Origin: an uncultured Methanosarcinales archaeon
Lineage (GTDB): Archaea > Nanobdellota > Nanobdellia > Woesearchaeales > GW2011-AR4
NCBI GenBank assembly: GCA_964650285.1
Contig: CAZYSP010000001.1
Coordinates: 13,169 to 77,168 of the forward strand
Length of the DNA: 64,000 nucleotides
Reading direction: 5' to 3'
Part shown: piece after piece, positions 48,210 to 55,616 of the stretch
Numbering within the stretch: position 1 is the stretch's first letter
How the letters are laid out: each line of letters starts with the position of its first letter
Program-made: the position numbers and the translations under genes
The notes under the pieces: model-generated
Seen by the model: the letters and a program-made list of their open reading frames with translations, nothing else
The model's database searches: none
What the model was told of the DNA's origin: nothing

Positions 48210-48312
48210 AGCCCTGCCAGGACTTTCAAGCCATACCTTGCAAGATAACGGCGTTCGAACCTGGGTCTCCGGCTCCAAAGGCCGATATCCTTGACCGCTA
48301 GACTACAGGGCT
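48210..48312 (-). tRNA. tRNA-Gln (anticodon UUG) with a putative ~31-nt non-canonical intron in the T-loop
   Basis: Minus-strand read: AGCCCTG-TA-GTCT-AGCGGTCAA-GGAT-A-TCGGC-CTTTGGA-GCCGG-AGAC-CCAGG-TTCGAA[CGCCGTTATCTTGCAAGGTATGGCTTGAAAG]T-CCTGG-CAGGGCT. Acceptor, D, anticodon and T stems all pair once the bracketed insert is removed. Confidence 0.55.
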
Positions 48313-48428
48313 GTAAGTTAATGACATCAAAGCTGATTTATAAAATTATCTATGGAGGGATTTTGATGTAGACCAAAAACAAGTGCTGAAGTAGTTAATG
48401 CTTATAGAATATTTTTAATATCTAAGCC

Positions 48429-49637
48429 TTATTTCTTAGCGCTATAAACTTGAGGAAGGGCATTCAATTGTTTAATGACGTTTGATCCAAATGGATTATG
48501 TAAGAGATATACTGTTAATGTGGTGCCATCTTTTCCAATTTGTCTTGAAGGATTCTCTCTTATATTTATATTATGTTCTCTTAACACTTCGCCTATTTCA
48601 GCAAATGCTCCTGGCGCATCCTTATGGTGTACAAATAATGGATAAACTGGTTTTTGTTCTGCTTGGATAGTTTCTCCTGCATTTACAGCATTTGTATAGT
48701 CCCCATTCAATAGATAACCAATAATAACCTCTGCCATCTCTCTTGATGTTTTTTTCTGGGCTTCATCTGTTGACGCCCCTAAATGGGAGGTTAGAACAAC
48801 ATTATCTAATCCTTTTAATCTGCTATTAAATTCGTTCCCTTCTTTTTTAGGTTCATCTGCATGAACATCCAAACCTGCACCTGCTATGCTTTTTGTTGAT
48901 AGTGCTTCATATAAAGCTTCTTCATCGACGTTAGATCCTCTTGAAGTACTAATAAGATAAGCAGTTGGTCGCATCATTGAAAGTTCTTGTTTTCCAATTA
49001 TTACACCACTTCCACCAACATGAATACTTACATAGTCTGATGTTTCAAGAACTTCTTCTTTTGATTTATAGTCTATTCTTGATTCCGGAAAAATAGATTT
49101 AACTTGATCTGAAAAAGCATCATAGCCAATCACCCTCATATCAAGTCCACTAACTAAGTTGCTTAATCTTTGCCCGATTCTACCGCAACCTATAATTCCA
49201 AGGGTTTTATGAGAAACTTCAACACCTTTGAATGGTTTTTTTAGCCAAATGCCATTTTTTAATGAGTAATGCGATTGAGGTATATTTCTTGAAACGGCCC
49301 CCATTAGAAAAAGTGCGTGTTCTGCAGCAGCATTTGTATTTCCATATGGTGCAAATTTTACCAGAATGCCATGTTCAGAAGCTGCTATATCATCTATATT
49401 ATCAACTCCAACACCAGCTCTTCCTACTATTTTTAGGTTACCTTTAGCACCAGCTTCAATAATTTCTCGCGTTACTGAGGTAGCACTTCTAACACTTAGT
49501 GCGTCATAATCTCCAACAACTTCAACTAGGGTTTTTTGATCTTTTTTTTGTGTGTCTGTTCCTATTCCTGCTATTTCAAATAATTCGATTCCTTCTTCAT
49601 CCATTCCGTCGTTTAATAATACTTTCATTGACACCAC
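48429..49637 (-). CDS. serA: D-3-phosphoglycerate dehydrogenase (with C-terminal ACT domain)
   Basis: Rossmann 'GIIGCGRIGQ' and the D-2-hydroxyacid DH catalytic region ('SIHVGG...RGSNVDEEAL'), plus about 80 aa of C-terminal ACT. Confidence 0.8.
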   Translation of the reverse strand: MVSMKVLLNDGMDEEGIELFEIAGIGTDTQKKDQKTLVEVVGDYDALSVRSATSVTREIIEAGAKGNLKIVGRAGVGVDNIDDIAASEHGILVKFAPYGNTNAAAEHALFLMGAVSRNIPQSHYSLKNGIWLKKPFKGVEVSHKTLGIIGCGRIGQRLSNLVSGLDMRVIGYDAFSDQVKSIFPESRIDYKSKEEVLETSDYVSIHVGGSGVIIGKQELSMMRPTAYLISTSRGSNVDEEALYEALSTKSIAGAGLDVHADEPKKEGNEFNSRLKGLDNVVLTSHLGASTDEAQKKTSREMAEVIIGYLLNGDYTNAVNAGETIQAEQKPVYPLFVHHKDAPGAFAEIGEVLREHNINIRENPSRQIGKDGTTLTVYLLHNPFGSNVIKQLNALPQVYSAKK

Positions 49638-49781
49638 CCTTAATTGAACTGCTAAGATTTTATTAAGATTTAAAATACTTTCGTTAAATTGACTACTTAA
49701 AAATAGATATTAAATAAAAACTTGTTTATCTTAGAAAAACATTACAAAAAATTTTTATATAACTATGATAATGATAACATT

Positions 49782-50141
49782 ATGCTAAAGATTATTTCTT
49801 TATTAATAATATTGGGAATAATTGTTTTAGGTTGTAGTAAGGAAGAAACAACAGAATCAATTACTGGAGCATATGAAATTAATGAGCTGGAAGTTATTGA
49901 AGACGCAGAGGAAGAAGAGGAAAAAATAATTACAGTAAGGCTGTGCCATGATACAGATAATGGAATTGTAAGATGGGTAAATGGAACAGTGTTTGGTTTC
50001 TACAATAATGCAACAAGGTTTGAGTTTAATGATTATTGCCAGAATTTTAATTATTTATGGGAATTCTATTGTGAAAATGAGACTCCAATGCAGAGGATAT
50101 TCTTATGCACAAATGGTTGTGAGGATAATCACTGCCTCTAA
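49782..50141 (+). CDS. Small Cys-rich lipoprotein-like secreted protein
   Basis: Signal peptide with lipobox 'VLGC', then an acidic linker and an 8-Cys domain. The ORF track starts at 49722; Met21 (49782) gives a canonical signal peptide. Confidence 0.35.
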   Translation: MLKIISLLIILGIIVLGCSKEETTESITGAYEINELEVIEDAEEEEEKIITVRLCHDTDNGIVRWVNGTVFGFYNNATRFEFNDYCQNFNYLWEFYCENETPMQRIFLCTNGCEDNHCL

Positions 50142-50896
50142 ATATAAAGCTTCATTGCCTCTTCTTCCATGAAATGGAGTTTTTTTGCAGGTACAATTAA
50201 GCAATGCATTCCTCCTTTAAAAATATATTTAAGCAGCTCTTTTGCTTTTCCAACCCTAATTATTTGATCTAAAGAGCCTAGTTTAGCGCAGCCAATGCAC
50301 AATGTGTTGTCAGTAAATACTCTTTCTCCTCTTTTTAATTCAACTTTTAATAGGTACCTTATTGCATCGCTAACGGTTAAACTATCATTTGAGTTTTCTA
50401 TTACATCAAGCAGGAACAATGTATGCAGATTATTTTTCTGATTTAAAGCAAGAACATCATACGGTGTTTCAATATTCTCATTCAAAAAGGGTATGCTGAC
50501 AGTTTTGCCGAAATTATAGAGCTGCAATCCAGTAACACCTATAGCAGTAAGAACAGATGCATTATGCACAATTCTTATTTTTATTCCAAGTTTTTTTGCC
50601 CTTAAGTATAAATCCATATGAGTTGTTGCTGAAAAGATATCACCAACAACTAAAAAAGCTACTTCCTGAGTTTTTGCCTGTAGCAACATGGTCTTTTCAG
50701 CATCCATTTCCACCAATTTTCTATCTGCCAATATAATTTTTTTGTTATATAATTTTTCTAAATAATTAATATTGCAGTTTAGCTTAGAAGTATAGTTTTC
50801 AAGATAAACAAAATCTGCTTTTTTCACTAATTCAAGGCCTTTTAGGCTGATGTCTTTTTCGTCATTTAAACCTAGACTAATGAAGTAGAGGGTCAT
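50138..50896 (-). CDS. dph5: Diphthine synthase
   Basis: 'MTLYFISLGLNDEKDISLKGLELVKKADFVYLENYTS' is the canonical Dph5 N-terminus. Confidence 0.85.
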   Translation of the reverse strand: MTLYFISLGLNDEKDISLKGLELVKKADFVYLENYTSKLNCNINYLEKLYNKKIILADRKLVEMDAEKTMLLQAKTQEVAFLVVGDIFSATTHMDLYLRAKKLGIKIRIVHNASVLTAIGVTGLQLYNFGKTVSIPFLNENIETPYDVLALNQKNNLHTLFLLDVIENSNDSLTVSDAIRYLLKVELKRGERVFTDNTLCIGCAKLGSLDQIIRVGKAKELLKYIFKGGMHCLIVPAKKLHFMEEEAMKLYI

Positions 50897-51040
50897 AATA
50901 GGGTAGAAGTTAAGTATTATTTATAATATTAATCCAAAACTACCTATAACAGTATACTAAAACATATATTTTCTACTCTAGAAATGTTTAAATATTATCT
51001 TGCAAATATATATAGAATATAAAAAAACCTAATTTGAGTT

Positions 51041-51161
51041 TTTTTGGCGAAAAACTCGACTAAACAGCTTTTTTTGGCGAAAAAGCGTGTTTGTTTGGCG
51101 TTATTTTCAGTATAAAGTAATTCTTTGGTACTTAAACGTATAAAAAAGCTATTTATTGGCG
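51041..51161. promoter_or_regulatory. Cluster of four TTGGCG motifs; two lie inside palindromic T7GGCGA5 sites, in the dph5/ftsZ divergent intergenic region
   Basis: 'GAGTTTTTTTGGCGAAAAACTCG' (51038-51060), 'CAGCTTTTTTTGGCGAAAAAGCGTG' (51066-51090), then TTTGGCG at 51095 and TTGGCG at 51156. Confidence 0.4.
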
Positions 51162-51277
51162 TAAACAACTTTTTTTCTAGGAGATAGTATATATATAATT
51201 CCGATATAAATATTTTGGTACTCTGGTGTTTATATTGGGATATATATTTTAAAAACCGCAAAACGAGGGGTGAAAAA

Positions 51278-52354
51278 ATGGAATTTTTGGTGGAAGACGC
51301 AATAAAAAAGAGTGGGGAAAATAAATTTGAGGGTGTAGATGTAGGACAGGCAAAAATAAGAGTTATGGGAGTGGGAGGAGCTGGCAACAATATGGTTGGC
51401 TGGCTATATAATAAAGGCGTTAAAGGCGCTGAGATTATAGCCTGTAACACAGACCAGCAGCATTTGAATATTATAGATGCAGACAGGAAATTTTTGCTGG
51501 GAGAAGGAGTTACCAGGGGCTTAGGATGCGGAGGCTTTCCAGAGAAGGGTGCAGAGGCTGCAAAAGAAAGCCTGCAGGAAGTAAAGCAAAGCCTTAAGGA
51601 ATCTGACATGGTTTTTGTATGCGCTGGTATGGGCGGCGGAACAGGAACAGGAGGAGCTCCTATTGTAGCAGAGGTTGCTAGAGCTACTGGTGCAATAGTT
51701 ATTGGAACTGTTACCATGCCTTTCAAAATAGAGCGGGCAAGAGTGGATAAAGCAGAATTTGGTTTAGAGCGACTAAGAGATGTTTCTGATACTGTGATTG
51801 TAATAGATAACAACAGACTAGTTAATATTGCTGGCAATTTACCTATACAACAAGCATTTGCTGTTGCGAATGAGCTTATAGCAACAATGATAAAAGGTAT
51901 TGTGGAAACAATAGCTGTACCAAGCCTGGTTAATCTGGATTATGCAGATGTAAGGGCTATTATGAAAAATGGCGGTGTTGCTGCTATTGGTGTAGGTGCC
52001 TCAGATACCACTGACAGAGTAGGTGAAGCTGTAAAAGGAGCCTTACAAAATCCACTTTTGGATATTAATTACAAAGGTGCAACAGGAGCTTTAATACATA
52101 TTATAGGCGGCCCAGATATGACACTGGATGAGATAAGCAAAGTAGGAGAATTAGTTACAGAAACTCTTGATCCTGATGCAAATGTCATCTGGGGAGCCAG
52201 GGTTTCAGATGATATGAAAGGAAAGCTTACTGTGATGACAATAGTGACAGGCGTAAAGAGCCCATGGATTTTGGGCAAAAAAAACGTACTTGCGGCAAGT
52301 CCGGAGGTTGCACAGATCAGTGAGGAATTAGGCATAGAGATACTGGATGAATGA
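51278..52354 (+). CDS. ftsZ: Cell division GTPase FtsZ
   Basis: 'IRVMGVGGAGNNMV','GMGGGTGTGGAPIVAEVA'. The ATG at 51278 follows the SD-like GAGGGGTGA. The ORF track's 51215 start adds 21 non-conserved codons. Confidence 0.9.
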   Translation: MEFLVEDAIKKSGENKFEGVDVGQAKIRVMGVGGAGNNMVGWLYNKGVKGAEIIACNTDQQHLNIIDADRKFLLGEGVTRGLGCGGFPEKGAEAAKESLQEVKQSLKESDMVFVCAGMGGGTGTGGAPIVAEVARATGAIVIGTVTMPFKIERARVDKAEFGLERLRDVSDTVIVIDNNRLVNIAGNLPIQQAFAVANELIATMIKGIVETIAVPSLVNLDYADVRAIMKNGGVAAIGVGASDTTDRVGEAVKGALQNPLLDINYKGATGALIHIIGGPDMTLDEISKVGELVTETLDPDANVIWGARVSDDMKGKLTVMTIVTGVKSPWILGKKNVLAASPEVAQISEELGIEILDE

Positions 52355-52379
52355 TCACCCTTTAGTCTTTGTGGTGGCA

Positions 52380-52488
52380 TCCTAGCAATAGGGTGTATTT
52401 TTCTATGCCTCCATTTCTAAAAAACCACCCCCAACGTTTTTAAGTATGGAGGCGTTTGTCCCTCGCAAGAGGGATTTTTTATTTTTTT
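52380..52488. terminator. Multi-hairpin region between convergent ftsZ and the nitroreductase gene, ending in a T-tract
   Basis: Three hairpins: TCCTA-GCAA-TAGGG (52380-52393); GCCTCCAT...ATGGAGGC (52407-52453, loop motif AAAAACCACCCCCAACG); and TCCCTC-GCAA-GAGGGA (52459-52474). T-tract TTTTTTATTTTTTT follows (52475-52488). Confidence 0.45.
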
Positions 52489-52506
52489 GAAATAAGAATT
52501 AGACAA

Positions 52507-53169
52507 TTATTTCTTTCTTAACCTTTTCTCAACATGCTCTTTAATCTTTTTTCCTGTCTTTTTTGCTAACTTCTTGCCCTCATCTACAATCCTTGCATTG
52601 TAAGCAGACCACCAGCCCATATGTGTTTTTGGTGCTTCTAAGCGGCCCCACCATGTTTCAGAAAATGTCATGTGCTCTATTCTGTATTTTGGTGGTGGTG
52701 CTGGGGCTTCATCTGCATAGCCTATTGTTATAATACCTTGTACGGTTTTTTCTTCTGGCAGATTTAAAATGCGGAAAATTTCATCTTCATCAAAAGCGCC
52801 TACCCAGCAGGCTCCCAACCCTAAGCTATGGGCTGTAAGCAACATGTTTTGTATTGCGGCAGCACATCCCTGTATTGTGTATAATCTTGCACCTCTTGTT
52901 CCATAATAACGTTCAGCTTTTTCAGGCTCAGCAACTACAACAATGTAAACTGGAGCAATTTCCATCCATTCCTGTTGTAAGCAGGCATTTGCAATGGCTT
53001 TTCTTTTTGTATCACTTTTAACATAAATAAATTTCCAGTTTTGCAAGTTGCCGGCAGAAGGAGCATATTTGCCTGCTTGCATTATAGTGACAATATTATC
53101 CCAAGGAACCTGCTTATCTTTATATTTCCTTATACTTCTTCTTGTTCTAATTGCTTCAAAAACTTCCAT
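52507..53169 (-). CDS. Nitroreductase-family (FMN-dependent) oxidoreductase
   Basis: 'RRSIRKYKDKQVPWD', 'GACWVGAFDE'. Confidence 0.75.
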   Translation of the reverse strand: MEVFEAIRTRRSIRKYKDKQVPWDNIVTIMQAGKYAPSAGNLQNWKFIYVKSDTKRKAIANACLQQEWMEIAPVYIVVVAEPEKAERYYGTRGARLYTIQGCAAAIQNMLLTAHSLGLGACWVGAFDEDEIFRILNLPEEKTVQGIITIGYADEAPAPPPKYRIEHMTFSETWWGRLEAPKTHMGWWSAYNARIVDEGKKLAKKTGKKIKEHVEKRLRKK

Positions 53170-53211
53170 GTTGCATATCCTTTGATTAATTATTAATAAA
53201 TTTATTGTTTT

Positions 53212-53352
53212 GGGCTGTGCCAGAGCAGACTGAAGTCAAAATGCTGCATCTTGATACCATTTTGCAGATATTATTTGGTTATAATACACAGCATTTTATT
53301 TGTAGTCATTGCTTTATTTTCCCACCCGCCACCCCTAAATTAGGCATAGCCC
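53212..53352. mobile_element. 141-nt intergenic element 'B', second copy of element A (GGGCTGTGCC ... GGCATAGCCC)
   Basis: The first 15 nt are identical to A and about 25 of 30 match. A C-rich 3' block 'CCCACCCGCCACCCC' corresponds to A's 'CCCACCCCACCTCCCC'. The terminal 10-mers pair (G·U and U·A at positions 6 and 7, where A has G·C and U·G). Confidence 0.5.
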
Positions 53353-53414
53353 TTGGGGATTATTATTTTATTTGCATAGATATATTTTTATAGTATATAA
53401 TATTGTAATTTGAT

Positions 53415-55166
53415 ATGCAATACTCAAAGCTTGTGGATGTGTATGAGAAGCTGGAAGGTACAACAAAGAGGCTTGGGCATACTCATATTATTTCAGAGTT
53501 TCTAAAGGATATAGATGTTGATGATTTGGGAACAACAATTTTGCTGCTGGAAGGAAGGGTTTTTCCAAGATGGGATGAAAGAGAGACTGGCATGGCATCA
53601 AAAATGATGCTTAAGGCAATAAGCGTGGCATCTGGTGAAAGCAAAGAAAGGATAAATTCAGAATGGAAAAAAACAGGGGATTTAGGAACAGTTTCCCATA
53701 ATTTAATTAAAAAAAAGAAGCAGCATACTTTAAAAGCTTATGAGCTTACTGTAAAAAAGGTTCTTAAAAACTTAAGACAAATTTCTACAATTGAAGGCAT
53801 GGGTTCTGTTGACAAGAAAATATCCCTGGTAGCAGAGCTATTAACATCGGCAAAACCTAATGAGGCAAAATATATTGTAAGGACAATTCTCAATGATATG
53901 CGCATAGGTGTTGGAGAGGGGAGCATAAGGGATTCTATTGTGTGGGCTTTTTTTGGCAAGGAACTTGAGGTAAAGTACAATAAAGAAGAAAACAATATTG
54001 AGATTGAAGACAGAAAAAAGTACAATGAGTATGTTGGGGCTGTACAAAAAGCTTATGATGTTACAAATGATTTTGCGCCTGTGGCAGAAGCAGCAAAAAA
54101 ACACGGACTTAAAGGACTTGAGGAATTGGAAATGAGTATAGGGATACCTTTGAAGGTTATGCTTGCGTTAAAAGTTGAGGATATTGACGAGGGTTTTGAA
54201 AGGTGCGGAAAGCCAGCGGAATTTGAGTTTAAATACGATGGCATGAGGATGCAGATACATAAGGACGGTAAGGAAGTAAAGATATTTACAAGAAGACTGG
54301 AAAACGTCACTAATCAGTTTCCAGAAGTTGTTGATTATGTAAAAAAATATGTTGATGAAAAAAAGGTTATTCTTGATTCTGAGGCAGTTGGTTGCAGTAA
54401 AAAAAGTGGAAAATATCTGCCATTCCAGAAGATTTCACAAAGAATAAAGAGAAAATATGACATTGAAAAAATGTCAGAAGAATTGCCGGTTGAGGTGAAT
54501 GTTTTTGATATAATAAACTATAAAGGCAAAAGTGTTGTCAATAAGGTTTTTGAGGCAAGGAAAAAAATAATTAAAAAAATAATTAAAAATGTGCCGAAAA
54601 AAATCAAGGTTGCAAAGAGTATTGTAACTGCAAGTAAAAAAGAAGTTGAAAGCTTTTACAAAGAGGCAGTTGATTCTGGAAATGAGGGCTTAATGATCAA
54701 AAATCTTGACGCACCTTATAAACCAGGTGCAAGGGTTGGATTTATGTGTAAATTAAAATCTGAACAAGAGGCATTTGATTTGGTAATAATTAAATCTGAG
54801 TGGGGTGAGGGCAAGCGCTCAAAATGGTTAAGCAGTTACACTCTTGCATGCAGAAATAAAGACCAGTTTCTTGAAGTTGGCAAGGCAAGCACCGGGCTTA
54901 AGGAAAAAAGAGAAGAAGGTTTAAGCTTTGCAGAAATGACAGATTTACTCAAACCCTTAATAAAGAGAGAGGAGGGAAAAGAAGTTACAGTAAAGCCAAA
55001 GGTTGTAATAGAAGTAGGTTATGAAGAAATTCAGAAAAGCCCCACTTATAGTAGCGGTTATGCTTTGCGCTTTCCCAGAGTTTTAGTCCTGCGCCGAGAT
55101 AAATCTCCAAATGATGCAACAACATTAGATATGATTAAAGAGGCTTATAGAAAGCAAAAGAAGTGA
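53415..55166 (+). CDS. lig: ATP-dependent DNA ligase
   Basis: Adenylation motif 'EFKYDGMRMQIH' (KxDG) and a 583-aa archaeal ligase layout (DBD, AdD, OBD). Confidence 0.9.
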   Translation: MQYSKLVDVYEKLEGTTKRLGHTHIISEFLKDIDVDDLGTTILLLEGRVFPRWDERETGMASKMMLKAISVASGESKERINSEWKKTGDLGTVSHNLIKKKKQHTLKAYELTVKKVLKNLRQISTIEGMGSVDKKISLVAELLTSAKPNEAKYIVRTILNDMRIGVGEGSIRDSIVWAFFGKELEVKYNKEENNIEIEDRKKYNEYVGAVQKAYDVTNDFAPVAEAAKKHGLKGLEELEMSIGIPLKVMLALKVEDIDEGFERCGKPAEFEFKYDGMRMQIHKDGKEVKIFTRRLENVTNQFPEVVDYVKKYVDEKKVILDSEAVGCSKKSGKYLPFQKISQRIKRKYDIEKMSEELPVEVNVFDIINYKGKSVVNKVFEARKKIIKKIIKNVPKKIKVAKSIVTASKKEVESFYKEAVDSGNEGLMIKNLDAPYKPGARVGFMCKLKSEQEAFDLVIIKSEWGEGKRSKWLSSYTLACRNKDQFLEVGKASTGLKEKREEGLSFAEMTDLLKPLIKREEGKEVTVKPKVVIEVGYEEIQKSPTYSSGYALRFPRVLVLRRDKSPNDATTLDMIKEAYRKQKK

Positions 55167-55443
55167 GACATACCACTGGACATTTGCGCGTCAGATTTAT
55201 AAATAACTACTTCTATTAAAATTGGGAAATGGTAAATAGATTAACTGAAGTACAAAAAGGACTAATTAAAAGTAAATTCCTAGAATACATTGATACCAAT
55301 AAGACCGCAAAAGATATACTGGTGTTTTCATATTCTTCAAAGGCTTTTATATAACCCTCTTTAGAAACTCTTCTTTCGTCTCTTCTTTTCAAAGCAATTT
55401 CTCTCGTTTAAATCTTTTTATTTCTTTGCTATGATACAAGACA

Positions 55444-55616
55444 TCAAAACCAGCGAAAACCCACAGATGAACTGACTCGGTTTTCTGGGTATTTGAAACT
55501 TTCAGTTTCAAAACCAGCGAAAAGCAACAGACTAATTTGTAACACTTTTCTGGGCTTTGAAATTTTTAGAATTTCAAAACCTTTATATATCATCAAAGAA
55601 CTACGAAGTTTGCATA
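55444..55616 (+). repeat. 2.5 tandem direct repeats of ~65 nt (TCAAAACCAGCGAAAA...TTTTCTGGG...TTTGAAA...)
   Basis: Unit starts at 55444, 55508 and 55574 (partial). The units share 'TCAAAACCAGCGAAAA', 'TTTTCTGGG' and 'TTTGAAA'. The array ends at the ATG of the NTase gene. Confidence 0.6.

Noticed and set aside
50995-51837. 280-aa minus-strand ORF (Pro/Ser/Thr/Ala-rich)
   Set aside because: It is entirely antisense to the strongly supported ftsZ gene and intergenic DNA. Its composition is typical of a reverse-frame artefact and it has no motif.
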